NCBI GenBank assembly: GCA_965153455.1
Contig: OZ234493.1
Coordinates: 34,276,213 to 34,340,212, forward strand
Source: Sphagnum compactum
Lineage: Eukaryota
Length of the DNA stretch: 64,000 bases
Reading direction: 5' to 3'
Of the stretch, positions 24,386 to 38,442 are shown piece by piece. The position numbers were made by a program, and so were the translations under genes. Numbering within the stretch: position 1 is the stretch's first letter; the number at the start of each line of letters is the position of its first letter. Below the pieces are notes generated by a model. The model had not been told where the DNA came from. It searched no databases and saw only the letters and a list, made by a program, of their open reading frames with translations.

Positions 24386-27300
24386 TGCAATTTGTCTAAG
24401 ATTTCAAGTTCCCAAATTTATCCTTACTCACTTCCATTCTTTCAAAAGTACCATAATCATCGAATCTATTCTCCCTCTTTCCACCATCTGCTCTGATTAA
24501 TCATTCTTTCCTCCCAAAGAAAGTTGTAAGAACAAGTTTTCTCAAGATTCAAATCGAAAGTTAAGTCTGGAAAAAAAAAGTCCCAAATGATCCGAATTCG
24601 CCTTTTAAAGAGAAGGAGAAGGATGGAGGTGAAGGAATACCCCAATTCGGTGACCTATGGAAGGTTCCAATGCTTGGTTGCCCTTGAAAGGTTCCAATGT
24701 TTGGTGACCAATGGAAGAAGAAAGAAAAGCATCTTTTTCACCTCTTCTCATTTTTCCCCCAACAAATTTACTTAAACCTTCTTTTTTTCCATTGATTTTA
24801 AAGTTTTTACTTTACCATGGCTTTAAACCGTTACTTACGCCTTTCTTTCTTTTCCCTTGACCTATAAATTATAACAACGCATCTCGATGTAACAAGTCTC
24901 TTGCACATTCATTGCCAATTTGATTTTGATTAAATATATTTTTTTTCCTTTCCTTGAATTCATGGTGTCATGTATGACCATGTTTTACGGGCCTCAAGTT
25001 GCATAAGTGAATGAAGAACCACCTTAAGAGTTATCCCCAAATTTGACATCGACATAGCATTTTCATGATAAAGATCCCGAACCGCGAGAGGTGCGCCCTC
25101 GTCTTGAAATTGAACCTCTTCGAACTTGGCATTTTTTCGAACTCCCGCACCTTGGTGATCTTGTTGCAAGTCGACCTCGTTTCTAGTTCTGAACTTGAAA
25201 CTATCTGCGAAGGTTTTTACGAAATTGAAGACACCTCCATCTTTGCATGGTCTTCAATTCCCGGCATTGAACACTATCGTTGGTTGTGTGGTTCGATTCA
25301 TCGATTACCTCTTAATAACAAGGTGGATTACTTAATTCGCACCATTTGACGCATCCTAGATTTTTTGTAATTATGAATTATCATTGTGGCATAGCCTAAG
25401 ATTCAACATGTAATTGCAACTCCTCGTGGAATTTATCCATAACCTGAATAAAAGTTTCATTCATCATGAAATCCATGTTGTCATTGCCACCCTATCACAT
25501 TATTTATCGTTATGTTGTTTCGAATTAATCTCACGTTTACTATATTTGAAAAATATTTTATTCCCATTATATTTATCATTGACACCCCTTCAACTACTTC
25601 ACGAATCTCAAAATCCTTGTTTACATAATTACCCACTAAATACCAAAACAAAAATCAATGTTTTGTCGAACATTATGAATTTTGACATCTACTTTCAAAC
25701 TCAACCCTCTATAGATTTATCACCTTTAATCACGGAACTAAAGTTTTAAAACTATGATTACCAACTTTTGTTGAAGAAAAAAATTAATCTTACACCTCAT
25801 TCATCTAATATCAAATTTCGAAAAAAAACCAACCCCCCATGCAACCATGTGCACTCATCATTCTTTATTTTAACATGAAGTTACTAAAAACCCCTAATAA
25901 CTTTACCACACCCTCAATATCCTTGATGTAATTCTTCAAAATTGAGACTACTCACATGATTATGTCAGTATGGTTCACAGCGAGATATGGGTATTCTTCA
26001 AACACATACCTATTAAAAATATTTAGTACTTTAAAAATGGTTTTAAAAGCTAGAACTCAAAGTTGTAGACATAGGTAGGAGGAAACAAATGATTTAATAT
26101 TTCATTTATTTCAAATATCCATTTTAATTAATGTGTTAAGAATCTCATGTTATTCTTTATTGTGCAATTTTTTAATTTAACCGCAATTTTAATGGTTTGT
26201 TCATAGCTAACATAAGTTGTTACATAAACTATCATTATTTTTGGGTTTTCTTTTTTTAATTGTTAGTTTGGTCAAAACTATCTAAGGTAGTGTCAAGTGA
26301 CATATTTGTGGCATATCAATATTGGGATGGTTATACATTGTCCTTGAGGGTTATGAAGATGGTGATTTTTCAAACTTAGAATTCAAATATGTGGCAACAT
26401 TGAATTTGATGGGGATACATCAATGATGCAAATAAAAGGTAATTTTAATAAATAGTTGGTGAATGTGAATTATGCACAAGTCCAAACCAATTAAGGTGCA
26501 TTGCCTATGATTAAAAGGGCATACTCATTAAAGGATTGATATAATTTTATTCCCATCAATATTAATGAATGCAAAAAATGTCAAATATTTTACAATATAA
26601 TAACTTAAACCATCATATTTAGATTCATCAATATCATTTAATTTATGTTCATGTGTACGGTGAAATAAAACTAGTAAAGGAGCATAGATAAGGGTGACAT
26701 TGTGACAAAATATTAATACACCTTGAATGTGTAATGGGACTTAAATATGAGATAAAATTATGCTAGAAAGTAGTTTGTCAAAATTCAAATGTGAAATATG
26801 CCAACAAATGCAACAAGTAACACACCAAGTTGTAAATATCGATTTAAATTTGGCCCTTTCAAATTCAATGATAACAAACATTGACATGATATTTCATACA
26901 TTGGTAATTTCAATGTTAGCATTTACAAGTTAGTGTCAACATTTACAAGTCAATGTCTAATGCTGATCATGTTGGAAGGTTAGTGATAACCACAAAACCT
27001 TATCTCTTACAACAATTGCCAAATGTGATGTCATGTATTGTTTTGGAATATGTACTTTATCACCTTCATTGCACCACAATCAAATTTGCAGTGTTGTTAG
27101 TTGGGGTTTTGTGCACACAAAACAAACTACAAGAAGGAATGCAATCATGATTCATAACATGCCATCTTATAAGGACTTAGGATTGTTGCCATTTGGATTA
27201 TGTAGCATCTAATATGGATTAAAATAATAATAATAATAATAAGATGGTCGCAATTTGCCATATTGTGTCAATCATCATTGTGCATTATGGGTAAGAAATT

Positions 27301-27649
27301 ATTTGAAGTTGGGATTTGGGGCATGCTTCCATCTCTATTTTTTCTTATACTTTTGTAACTCATGTTAGTTTCCAAATCAATTACCAATTTTCCAAATCAC
27401 TTGTGTAAAGCTATAGTCTCAATCTCAAACCGTATACCATGACAAAGGGCAAAAGAAACATAATTAATACTATTAAGGGACTCCAAACCTAATCCAAAAA
27501 TGGACTTTGCCCAATGCAATGGATGGTGGACAAAATAACCTACATTATTACTAAAATCCTTACCGACAAAGTAATGAATTGCCGATAAGAGGATAAAACT
27601 TATTGTTGTTAACAACATAATGTAGCCCTATGTCTCCAAAGCCAATCAA

Positions 27650-29900
27650 ACGCCTATAACTCCAACCACAGTGAACCTTCATCAAATAATGATAATATAA
27701 AATGGGAAATCCTAATTTTATCAAATTCTTGCACATACATCCTCACCACCATATCTTGGCAAGTTGTAAGTCGATTTCTCAATTTAGATTTCATGAAATT
27801 AAATGTAGAGAATGTACATTCATGCTCCACACTTCCCATAACACCCAAAATTGTAATTTCAACAAGCTTGAGGTATTCAAATAACCTGCTCCTAAAAACT
27901 TGACTAATGGTGATATAGATCCACATATGATTAGTAGGGTTGCACTCAAAAGGAGGTTGCACAATAAATGGATTATTAGATTTCAAGTGACAACAAAAAA
28001 ATCAAATGTTGACAAGTGAAACCTCATCTAATAGGCCCAACCATATGAAACTACATTTGCCTTAATGGTTTTAACGTTGCACTAATATGCCAAGTCAACA
28101 TTTTCAAGTGGCACAAACTATGATGGCAATTCTTGAATTAGAAAAGTGTCAAAACAAATTCATCAATTAAGCCTTTAGTTGTTCAAGTGCACTAATCTTT
28201 AACACTTTTTTATGCAACTACCCAATCATCCTCAAAGTAACCACTGACATTGCTAAATTGAACCCTTTTAGTCTTGTGCAACATGTTATATAAGCATTGC
28301 ATGAAACTAAAGGCAACAAATCCAACCCATAATTGTGAGCCAATCCACCACACAATGCAAAGTCCATCATTCCTACATTCCACCAAATCCACTTGAAGCT
28401 TTGAAAATGGTCATGGTAGTACCATTGGTCAAGGTTCCATATACATGGCGTACAAATTAGCCTAACATAATTTGACAACAACAAAGTCACAAATGAACAT
28501 ATCTATGTGTTTTAAGCTAATTTGTATAAGTCTTGCACTATTCTAAACATAAGCAACATGCACAAGTTGGCCCCATGACTATATCCACATCACATAAAGG
28601 TTTGTAGTTAACTTTAGCAATGACATTACTAAGTGAATCATCACTTGCACTCAATACTATTGTTTTGTACTAATTAACTAGTCATTTAAAGGAGCCAACA
28701 ATGACACCATCTTGTCTTGGGGTCTAAAGGGGTATAAAGAGTTAGATGTCATGAAATGTAAACATTGGTTAATTTCATTGTGATAAATGATAACTTAAAT
28801 TGATGTTGATTTTATTTTTATGAACTTGAACTTTAATATTTTAAATGTATAATGGGAACATTTGGATAATTTTGAAATGAATTTGATTACAGTATGGAAT
28901 ATTCAAAATGAATTAAAAATAGTGCAACCTTTGTTTTATGTTGGTTAAAATACTTTTGAGGACTTGAAATGATTGAAAAAAATTTCAATAATATGGGAAA
29001 TTTCTATGCATACCTTCACATAATAGTGTAATTCAACACTTTTTTTGGGGGTTATAAAATTGTTTTAAGAAAGAAATTTATTTGTAAATCATGATTTTAT
29101 TAACATTCTTGAAAATATGTTGTTTATAAAGACTCATTCCTCAATGTAGATGACTTTGTTTCTTTTGTTTCATCCCTTGATGTTCCTTTGGACCCCTTAA
29201 CTTTATAACTCATCCAACTTATTTTATTCAAAATAACTTTTTGGGGATTGGTTATAATAAGTATACATCTAGAAGTAAACAAACCTTCATTCTTTGAAAT
29301 TAAGGTCAAGTATGAAAAAACTTGCACTACCAAATTACATGGGCATATGCCAACAATGTAAATCCCATCTTTAATATCCTTCAACTAAATAATCACACCT
29401 AATTTTAACCTTTGAAATGTTATAACACCATCAACCCCAAAATACAACAAACCTTTCATAAATCTCAAACTTTATCCAACCACCAAAACAATGAGGGAAT
29501 GTACTATTATGGCAGTTATGCTTTAAAATATGACTCCTTCCACAAGTCTTTCAAGATTTAAAAAGATCGACACGATTGGCTAATAGTTTTCAACCACATA
29601 AACATGGACATAAATCCATGATTGATTGTCCATAGGTGTGACCTCACTACAATTGTTGAAAGGAATTTTGAATTATGAACACTCTTAGTTTGTTTTAAGA
29701 TAATTCTATACATCACCCTTGTCATTCCTCACACATTAAATTTTTTCCAATGTTTATTTAATGTATTGGCAACCTATAAGAAATCAAAAAGGTTTCTAAG
29801 CTACTCAAAATTAATAACTAGCTTATCATGTTTCAAAAAGTGCCAAATGGACACAAATTTTGTTTTATTTTCTAGCCTACCACCATTGAGCACCAATTGC
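27650..29900 (-). mobile_element. Decayed hAT-superfamily transposase (many stops and frameshifts)
   Basis: 27700-27900 translates to EYLKLVEITILGVMGSVEHECTFSTFNFMKSKLRNRLTT..DMVVRMY, resembling the hAT C-terminal dimerisation domain. Colinear upstream remnants: ..DMFICDFVVVKLC.. (~28450-28520), GVDGVITFQ..GV (~29390-29440) and CSEVTPMDNQSWIYVHVYVVEN (~29590-29655). Element ends were not identified. Confidence 0.75.
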
Positions 29901-32900
29901 ATAACAAAATATTGGCCTTGACAAGTTTAACATAATTCACACCACCGAAATTGAAATGAAAACATTTCATTTGGGACTAAATGGAAATTTAAATGTAATA
30001 GGTGTTTTAGATTTTTTGTAATGCACATTACAATGCATGATCCCCAATCTTAGTTAACAATTGAGGTGCATAGGAGAAGAAGTTGTAGTTTTGTGTTGAG
30101 ATCTTACAAACTTCTAAAGCAAGTCACAAATTTATGAGCAAACACAGTCATTGCAACTTGCAAATTTACAAGAATCCCAACCACACATACATGTTGTAGT
30201 GTGCATTACAAGAAATCAAGAACCTTTAGTTGCAACTTGCACATGACTTGTAGTACATATACTTTAAAGCTCAGAGTGAAATGGTGCAAACTTAACATAA
30301 ATGTTGGCAACTAAACAATCATAAAGCCCTAAAGCACCATTTTTGAACTCATGTCAATGCACAAAGGAACTCAAAACAACCAACAACTATCAAATGCAAG
30401 TTTTCAAACCTACAAGGTTGTACAAACTTCAAACATGGTCATAAAAATTATTGTAATTGAAACATAAATCAACTTCAAGCATACAATTGGTGACCTAACA
30501 AGATATGAATTGACTGTGTATCCAAGTCTTGGAGGTTGAACTTTGAAGCTCAAAAGTTGAAATCAAACAAATGGCATAAATGAAAAAATCATTCTATAAT
30601 TTGGTTATAACATTTTTGATCCTAGTAACAAACGCAAAAATATTGTAACTTGCAACTATTCAATGCTCATTATAAACAAAAAAATTTGGATTATGCAATG
30701 AAAACTAAGACCTATGCTTGGAATGTATGTGGTGATGAAGTCCACATAAATGGCAATTGAAGGTGGCAATGAAGTGGGCAAAAGTAAAAAGTGATGACAA
30801 CTAGTCCACCATTTTGAGGGAAAGCTTTGGACCCTATCATGGGCAACAAAGTCAAAACAAGCTTATAAGAGCCAGAAAAGACATTAGACACAATGAAGAT
30901 TGCAAACTATAGTAAATGTGAAATTATATAACTTTGACATTTTAAAGTTATGTCAATCATTCCAAATTGTGCTAAACGACTAATTTGAGTGTGAAGAAAT
31001 TCAAAATGAAAATTTATTTGATCCAATTTTGGGATTTGGTTTTAGTTAAGGGTTTTTAAAACTGACCAATCGTTGCATTAAATAGGGTGAATGCAAGTTA
31101 ATGGCTCATCTTAGGTAGATGTGGGATTCCTTAACATGTTTTTTTATATTATCCATATGGATATGGTTTTAAAATTTAAAATTTTAGTAGTGTAATCTTT
31201 GACTATTACAATTTCATTCATTTATGGAACCTTTTAAAACTAGGTGAAAACTCATATTGAATTTCTTTTTTGTTAGCTAGTATGGTGAAATCACTTTGGA
31301 AATCTTTTTAAAAAAACCTATAAATTCCATAAAAATAAAGCCCCACTTAAATATTTCAATTATATACCGTTGGGCATAGAAATTTAAACAAACACAAAAA
31401 AGTTAATTTCAAAAGAACTTTCTAAAATAAGGTCCAATTTTGACCATTCAAAAGTTCATAACTACCATTTGGTTAAGGTTTCTCAAAAAATGATTTCACA
31501 CTTAACTTTATCATTTCATTTTTCAACCTTTTTTTAGTCTCTATAAACAATTTACAATGAAATTCAATACGAACTTTTGATTTTTTAAACAATATAACCA
31601 ATTAATTAATCCATTTTTTTAATTTCAAAAGTCCACTATGAATGTATTATTTTCATGAAATAGTTGTGCAAATGTTTTCATGATCAAGTTATTAGTTTAA
31701 AATAAATCATCATTTAATGTATTTAAGGTTAAATTATTCACTATAAGCATTTAAACACAAAGCACATTGTAAAAATTGTCTTTGTGACACACAAAAAAAG
31801 AAGCCATTATAGCTTGCATTCACCCACTACTATCCATTTTGAAAAGGGCCTTTTGATTTTTTTGATACAAACTTGTTGATAATTAAAAAAATTTGGTTGA
31901 GAGGAAATTATAAACCACATGAGAATAATACTAATTATTTAAAAATGTGTAATTTGAATTTTTCATTAATAAGTTTGAATTTTTAGTATGTAAGAATTTC
32001 AAGAATTTTTTACCACCACACGTAAATGTGGTACAATGTAAAGGAGGTACAAAATAAGTTGTGGTTTACAATAAAAGAAATTGAACCATGAAGTAATTAT
32101 TATATTTGTAATATGATTTGAAAGTTGAACCATTTTTCATATGAATGAAAAAAACTTGTACATTTTCAAAAATGAAGATATATTCAACAATGATTAACAC
32201 ACGACTAGTGATGTATTGGACCAATGACCAACATATTTCACAATAAGTTGCAAAAACATAGATTCAGAATTCCCATTATATGAAAATTTATGTTTTTGGC
32301 AAAAGGATAGTTTGATCATTTTTAATAAGTAATGTCAAGTTTGGGTCTTGTGAGCTCATTTTGGCCATTGTGCATTATCAAAACAAACCAAATCACACAT
32401 GAAAAAACATGCATACAAAATCTTGTTTGTGCTTTGAACTTGGATTCATATGGTTTGCAAATGGATATATTTTGTGACACGAAAAATGAGACTCCAAAGC
32501 CACATCTTGGGAAATAAAACACTCAAACTCACAAATTAGCTGAAACTCTATTCCCACAAATATTGGGTTCCAACCATCAAATAAACTAAAACCTTATTCA
32601 CATTAGACCAAGTTTCAACAAAAATTAAATAAACATAAAAAAAAATCTTTTGCAATAAAAACTTGACATGACCCAACATCACATTTTTGCAACAAAAACA
32701 TATCAATGTTATCATACAAACCCAAGCCCACGATGGATCCTTGACATTGATTGGGGTTTATAACGTCTCCCTCATTGCCACTATCAAATCCAAGCAAATT
32801 ACCCTAAATTGAATGACCTAAACACAACCATGGCCTTCACCCAACCTTTGCCCATCCCAAAATTTTGTGAAAAATTTGCCACTTTAGAAAAAACAATGAT

Positions 32901-35900
32901 ACGAAGTGTAACTGTAATCAAAATGAAAACAATATCATGGCAATGGCTCTCATGTAATTTTTGACACCTTAATTTGATGAACATGTTGGTGACTCTCCTC
33001 ATTGATTTGTTTACAAATTGTTTTCTCAAGGTTTGCTAGATTTTTTTGCATATGGCTGGTAAAACGGCTTGGTCACCAATGTAGGGTTTGCCAAATTTTT
33101 GTGTATGATTCCAAAATTCAACAATGCTGGATTTCTGGTTAGTAAAATGGCTTTGGTCACAAATGTAGTTAAATTGTTCCCCTCACAATCTCTACTTGTT
33201 CAACTATGAGTTTATGGTTTCAAGTTTCTTTTGCACACTTTTTTATCACAACCCAAATCACAACTTTACTATAAAAATTCATGTGCTATTGGACCTCAAG
33301 TTAGCATGGATTGTCCATCAAAGGAACTGGATACCTATGTGTTGTTCAACTTTGCTAAACTGGGGCAATTTTGTCATGTTCATAAGTATAGCTTCAATCA
33401 TGGGCATTATAGCTCCAATGCCACCACCTCCAATAGCATGTCCTCACCCCCCTCCACCTCCCTCCTTCAATGTTATTGGGAGTGTACCAAAGATGGGTAT
33501 GAATTAGGCTTCCAGGCTCAAACTAGGGCCCAAAGACAGGATGACTTTTATGATAACTCTTTAAAAAAAGAGCAATGCAATCCATAGGTTCAAAGCTATG
33601 AACATAGCCAAATTTATTGCTGACCAAATGCACCCACCCATTTTTTTTTTCCCTCTCTTTGGGGGAACAAGGGCAAGGGTAGTAGGCTTTTGAGATTCTT
33701 TTTGGTTTTTTGGTGTTCTCACCATGTTCCCAATTTGTTCCCACCAGGTAGCCCAATGGTTTCAAATCACACTCCCAATGTGTGCATATTACTTTGGGTT
33801 TTTATAGCTTTTGCCACTTCATCTTCCATTTGGATCTTTCTTTAAACATTGAAGTGTACACCATTTTCAGCTCATACTATATACTTGACTCAATATGACT
33901 TTGCACTTGATTCTTTTATTGCTACAAGATGTACTTGGAGCATAACAACTTATTATTATTATTATTATTGTTATTATTCTTCCCATGGCTCTTGCATTTT
34001 TTCATGGTTTTTCAATTCATTGACCTCCTTGGCTCTTGCATTTCTTCATGGTTTTTCAAATCATTGACCTCCTTGGCCCCCATCTTCCATGGACTAATTG
34101 ATTATTTATTTCCCTCTTCTTTACCTTTTGTACATTATTAATTATATTTTTAATTATTCAAGTGAAATCATGGATGGGGATGTAAATTTTTAAAAAATGA
34201 GTGTAAGTTGTAATCCAACAATTAAATTGGGGTTTTCATGAATTAATCTTAATGCTTAAAAATCAACTCACAATTAAAAGAAATGAAAATAATTTTTCAA
34301 ACACCTAATTTCAAGCTATGGTACAATGGTTATAACTTATCACTCTTAAGCAAATCTATATAAGGTCTAGTAGGATGAGCCAATATCCATTTTAATTTTA
34401 GAAAATGGATGTAGAGACACTAACTAAAGAGTGCAATCTTAGACTTGTACACATCTAATCAAAGAGTTTGATGTTGTCTACTTTGTTGCAATAATATCAT
34501 AAGTTGTTCACTCTAGTTCATTAGCCTGATCTTCACAAGTATTACCCTATTTTTGGCAAGGCAAGTTTCAAAGTGAAATAAAATTGTAGTATGAACATTG
34601 GAGATGATATGACAAATTGTTCCATTTCCCTTTTACTTTTGCTTTTTGAAATATGAAACACCAAACCTTCCCCTTAAACACACACATGGCAATCATCATT
34701 GCCCTAACCTTGTACACTATATAACCTTCAACCACACCATAACCTTACACTCTAGTCTATTATTAACCTTCAAGACACACCTTGGAAAGGGTATTTTACT
34801 TTTTACCAATAGTATATCATACCTTTATTGTCCTAGTAAATGACAATAGGTAAGTCAAATTTCTCACAAGGAAATGCTTAGAAGAAACCCTCCCTTGATT
34901 GACTTTTATATGATACTTTAATTTTGGTAACCTTTTGGTTCTTTCAAATTGGATTTTTTTTTTTTTTTTTCCAATTCTTCACATATGCATGCATTTTCCA
35001 ACACACGTATTGGTCTTCTTTTTGTTAAAAATGTATGAAAGTGTGAACATGAACACTATCTAGAGCTCGGTGCTAGTCAACCCAAACGTGGATTGTTGTT
35101 TTTCAAGTGTTCACTTTGGAGGGCATGTTGTAAGCCTAGTCAATCCAAGATTCTAATACTTGTGAAAACAAGCTCCAAAGTAAACAATTTGCTCTAATTA
35201 GATAGTCCAATACCACAATGCTAAGAAACCCATTGGAAGTTGCCCAAGGTGCCAAAAGCCCGTTTTTGGGTTTTATTGTGGTTGTCCCCGAAAATGTGTG
35301 ACAAATCCCTACTATATTATTATTACTTTGTTGGGGTCCAATCGATTGTTGTTTTTAGAAATTTTGGAGTAGCACTATCTTGTACGGAGGGTGGAAAAAA
35401 ATGTCATCAAGCAAAATCACTTTGAAATATGAATTGCGTCAATTGCTTGAAGATTAGAATTTTTTGGACACTATGTTGAATTTTCATTTCAAAATTTTAC
35501 ATGTTGTATAGGCATTGCTTTCCGTGTGTTGATTCATATTGTCGAACAAGAAATTAAGGAACAAAGGTTTACATCAATTCAAAGACCGAAGAAATCCCGA
35601 GCATGACACGGGTTGGTGTGGAGAAAAAAGGAAGTCATGGGTGGTGAGACTTCGAGTGGTAACTAAGGGAGGGGTCAACAAGAATATATCTATGGAAACA
35701 ACTGGGCATGGAACCCAATGTGGGGACCAAACTGAGCGTCAAATGGGGGGGGGGGGAGAAGAAATTTACGGATAACTTTGACGTCTAACGATTTTGTCAA
35801 TCTCAATTTCAAGCTGTAGTCCAAAAGGGACGTGTTTTTATGCGAGAGTTGTAAGTTTGCGTTCGGTTTGTATTTCAGTGTATTTTAATGTTGGATTTAG

Positions 35901-36134
35901 TCCTCACCTTACCCCCAATTTATTAAGCCATTTGAGTTCTAGCCTCATCTCGAGTATGTGACCCTGCAAAGTTGTTTTTCACATCCAGGTTTAGTTATGG
36001 ATTGTTTTGCAAGCCCACCCATAAAACTGGAAACTGGGACAGCAAATAGATGGGGGACAACTAATAGCAAACCACCTGGACCAATCATTATGATAGACCA
36101 ATCAGAAACACTGAACAGCAGTTAGATCATATTT

Positions 36135-36420
36135 TTGCCTACCAAGAAGGCAAGGCTATTGTGTTTAGATTTATTATAGAGTATACTAGCTTAATGGATA
36201 AGCCACCAAGGCCATTACGAAAGAGAAGACCGAATCGAATTGCTGAGAGAACCAGCTGAAGAGAAAGAAGCGAGACAAAGACTAGGGACAGCCAAGAGGA
36301 ATCAACTAAACGCATAAAAACATAACGCCCATGAGTCTAATGGAACGTCCAATGAACACTCATGTAAACCACGCGGCAAAGTGCCTCTCTTGAGAGTGGA
36401 CCCTGGATAGGCTACGAACA
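36135..36420 (-). mobile_element. Possible 5'-truncated LINE 3' end
   Basis: On the minus strand a short coding-like tail (..ALCRVVYMSVHWTFH*) is followed by a U-rich tract, AATAAA, a small GCC..GGC stem and an A-run at the boundary. The segment is GC-richer than its flanks. Pattern-based inference only. Confidence 0.3.
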
Positions 36421-36514
36421 CCTTACTTCTTATCCTCTTCTTCACGTGTGTGTATTATTTATTACCTTGTGCAAAATTCTAATTTATAATGCGGTAACTT
36501 AACTTACTTTTAGT

Positions 36515-37069
36515 AGTGCATTCACAATTGAGATTTTAAGTCGATGTTAAAATGAAAACCTAGGTGGCATCCTAAGTGGCACCCAATGCTAAATGGGTGA
36601 TAGCTTAATGTTAAGTGAATGTTTGCTTAACATAAAATTTTCATGGTTAATAAAGGTGCATTCACACTTGGTGTTAGGGACTCTACTAGTATTGAGTCCC
36701 TTAACACCATGCTAGTCATTTATGACTTACACCTACTTATCATGAACATTTTTATGTTAAGCTACGGGTCACTTAACATTAAGCTATCACCCATTTAACA
36801 TTGGGTGCCACCTACTAGATTAATGTTAAGTGACCCGTAGCTTAACATAAACCCTAAACCCTAAACCCATTTTTTAATCTACGGTGCCACCTAAACCCTA
36901 AACCCATTTAACATTGGGTGCCACCTACTCGATTTTTTTTCATTCAACACTGACTTAACATAAGTGTAAATGCACCATTGTAAGTAGGATTAAGTCCTAA
37001 ATGACTAGCATGGTGTTAGGGGGGTTAGTACTCAACGCTAGAGTCCCTAACACCAAGTGTGAACGCACC
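36515..37069. mobile_element. MITE (TIR GGTGCATTCACA../..TGTGAACGCACC) containing an inverted copy of itself at 36655-36976
   Basis: Four TIR-like ends at 36516, 36655, 36976 and 37069. 36516-36650 is the reverse complement of 36741-36976, and 36655-36740 is the reverse complement of 36980-37069. TAA next to some ends is compatible with a PIF/Harbinger (Tourist) type. Confidence 0.75.
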
Positions 37070-38442
37070 TTAAAATCCTTGCCAAATACTACCAACATGA
37101 TGCATACTTTGGTCCTTTCTTTTTTTCTTCTCTTGTTCCCTTGCCTTGCGGGGGTGTTTTTCCTTTATTAATTTATTATGAGTCTTTTGCTTCTTGTGTA
37201 ATTTACATGGGGGAGGAGGCAACCAAAAACCCAATGAACCTAATCGCCTTATATGAAGACCCGGGCTTAAAGAACTCTACTAGTCTTATGCTAACGGTAT
37301 ATAGTCAGCTATGAATTTAAACAATTTTTTTAAAAAAATTTTCAAGCTGCTGACTAAAAGTTCATAGACTTTTGTAACTTTTCTAACAACACGTGTGACT
37401 CGGGGTCATTTTTCCATTGGGGAATTCGGGATCCTCCTCAACCTTGTGATGGGTTTTCTTTGTATTTTTCTTACATATTCCTTGTGACCACTCTACTATT
37501 ACCATCGCATACATGTGTCAATTTTGGGGAGGAAAAAAAATTAAAAAAATTAAAAATGAAGAAAATCAAGAGCTGGAAGCCTACAGGCATATCCGGCATT
37601 GATAATTTTATAATTATAAATATATATATACTTTTCCTCTACCTTTGTTTGATTTTTTTGATATCCCAGAATTTGTGGGTTATGCTACATTATAGTTTGA
37701 AAAATTCTCGAGGGAACAAGTTTGACCCCAACCGACATGATCAAAATATGACCACGGTCAAAAGACGATTGTGAATCAAATGAGGCAAGAAATTCTATCC
37801 CTTGAATTGTGGGGGTCATGTGCATAATAGTTCATGGGTTGTGTTCACATGTAATAACCCGGAATTTTGTGCTACCAAAGTGACCCAAAATACCTAAGCT
37901 TTTGTGAGACTAGCTAGGTACTCCTTTCTAAGGTTGGGTGAGAGGCCCAACATGTAGGCTTTTTGTATGGGATGATAGACAACCTCACAATTTGCATAAC
38001 TAAGCATGTTTTTTAAACAACCGAAAAAAATGGTGTTTAGAGCTTGTGATTGTGCAATGGGTTGCTCAGACATCTATTGATTTTCATGATATTGAAATGG
38101 TGTAGCAAAAAGAAGAAGAAGAAGAAGAAAGTGAAATAAGAAATGAACTTATATATGTTCATAGTTAGCCTTTGATGAGGAGAGAATACAATTCTACCAT
38201 TTTGCTAGTAAAAAATAATTTTTTTTTTTTGGTAATGAAAGTATGAGAAATTAAATTTTTTAAATTAAAGTAGAAATAACTAAAAATAAATTTGGAGGTT
38301 TTAAAGTTTTTTTAGGCTTAAATTTTATGTTTGGGTTTTCTTCTTTTGGGGGGTGGGTGTTTGTCACATACATGTTCAGCAATGAACGAATAAACTGTGA
38401 AACAAAATTCTAAACAAACAAACAAGATATTAAAGTTATCCG

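Noticed and set aside
24960-25347. Minus-strand MVRIK* start resembling histone H3/CENH3
   Set aside because: No histone-fold motifs follow in any frame; the similarity is limited to five residues.
33196-33587. Pro-rich 103-aa and overlapping 118-aa ORFs
   Set aside because: No domain or splice context was recognised. It may be a decayed fragment, but nothing can be assigned by eye.
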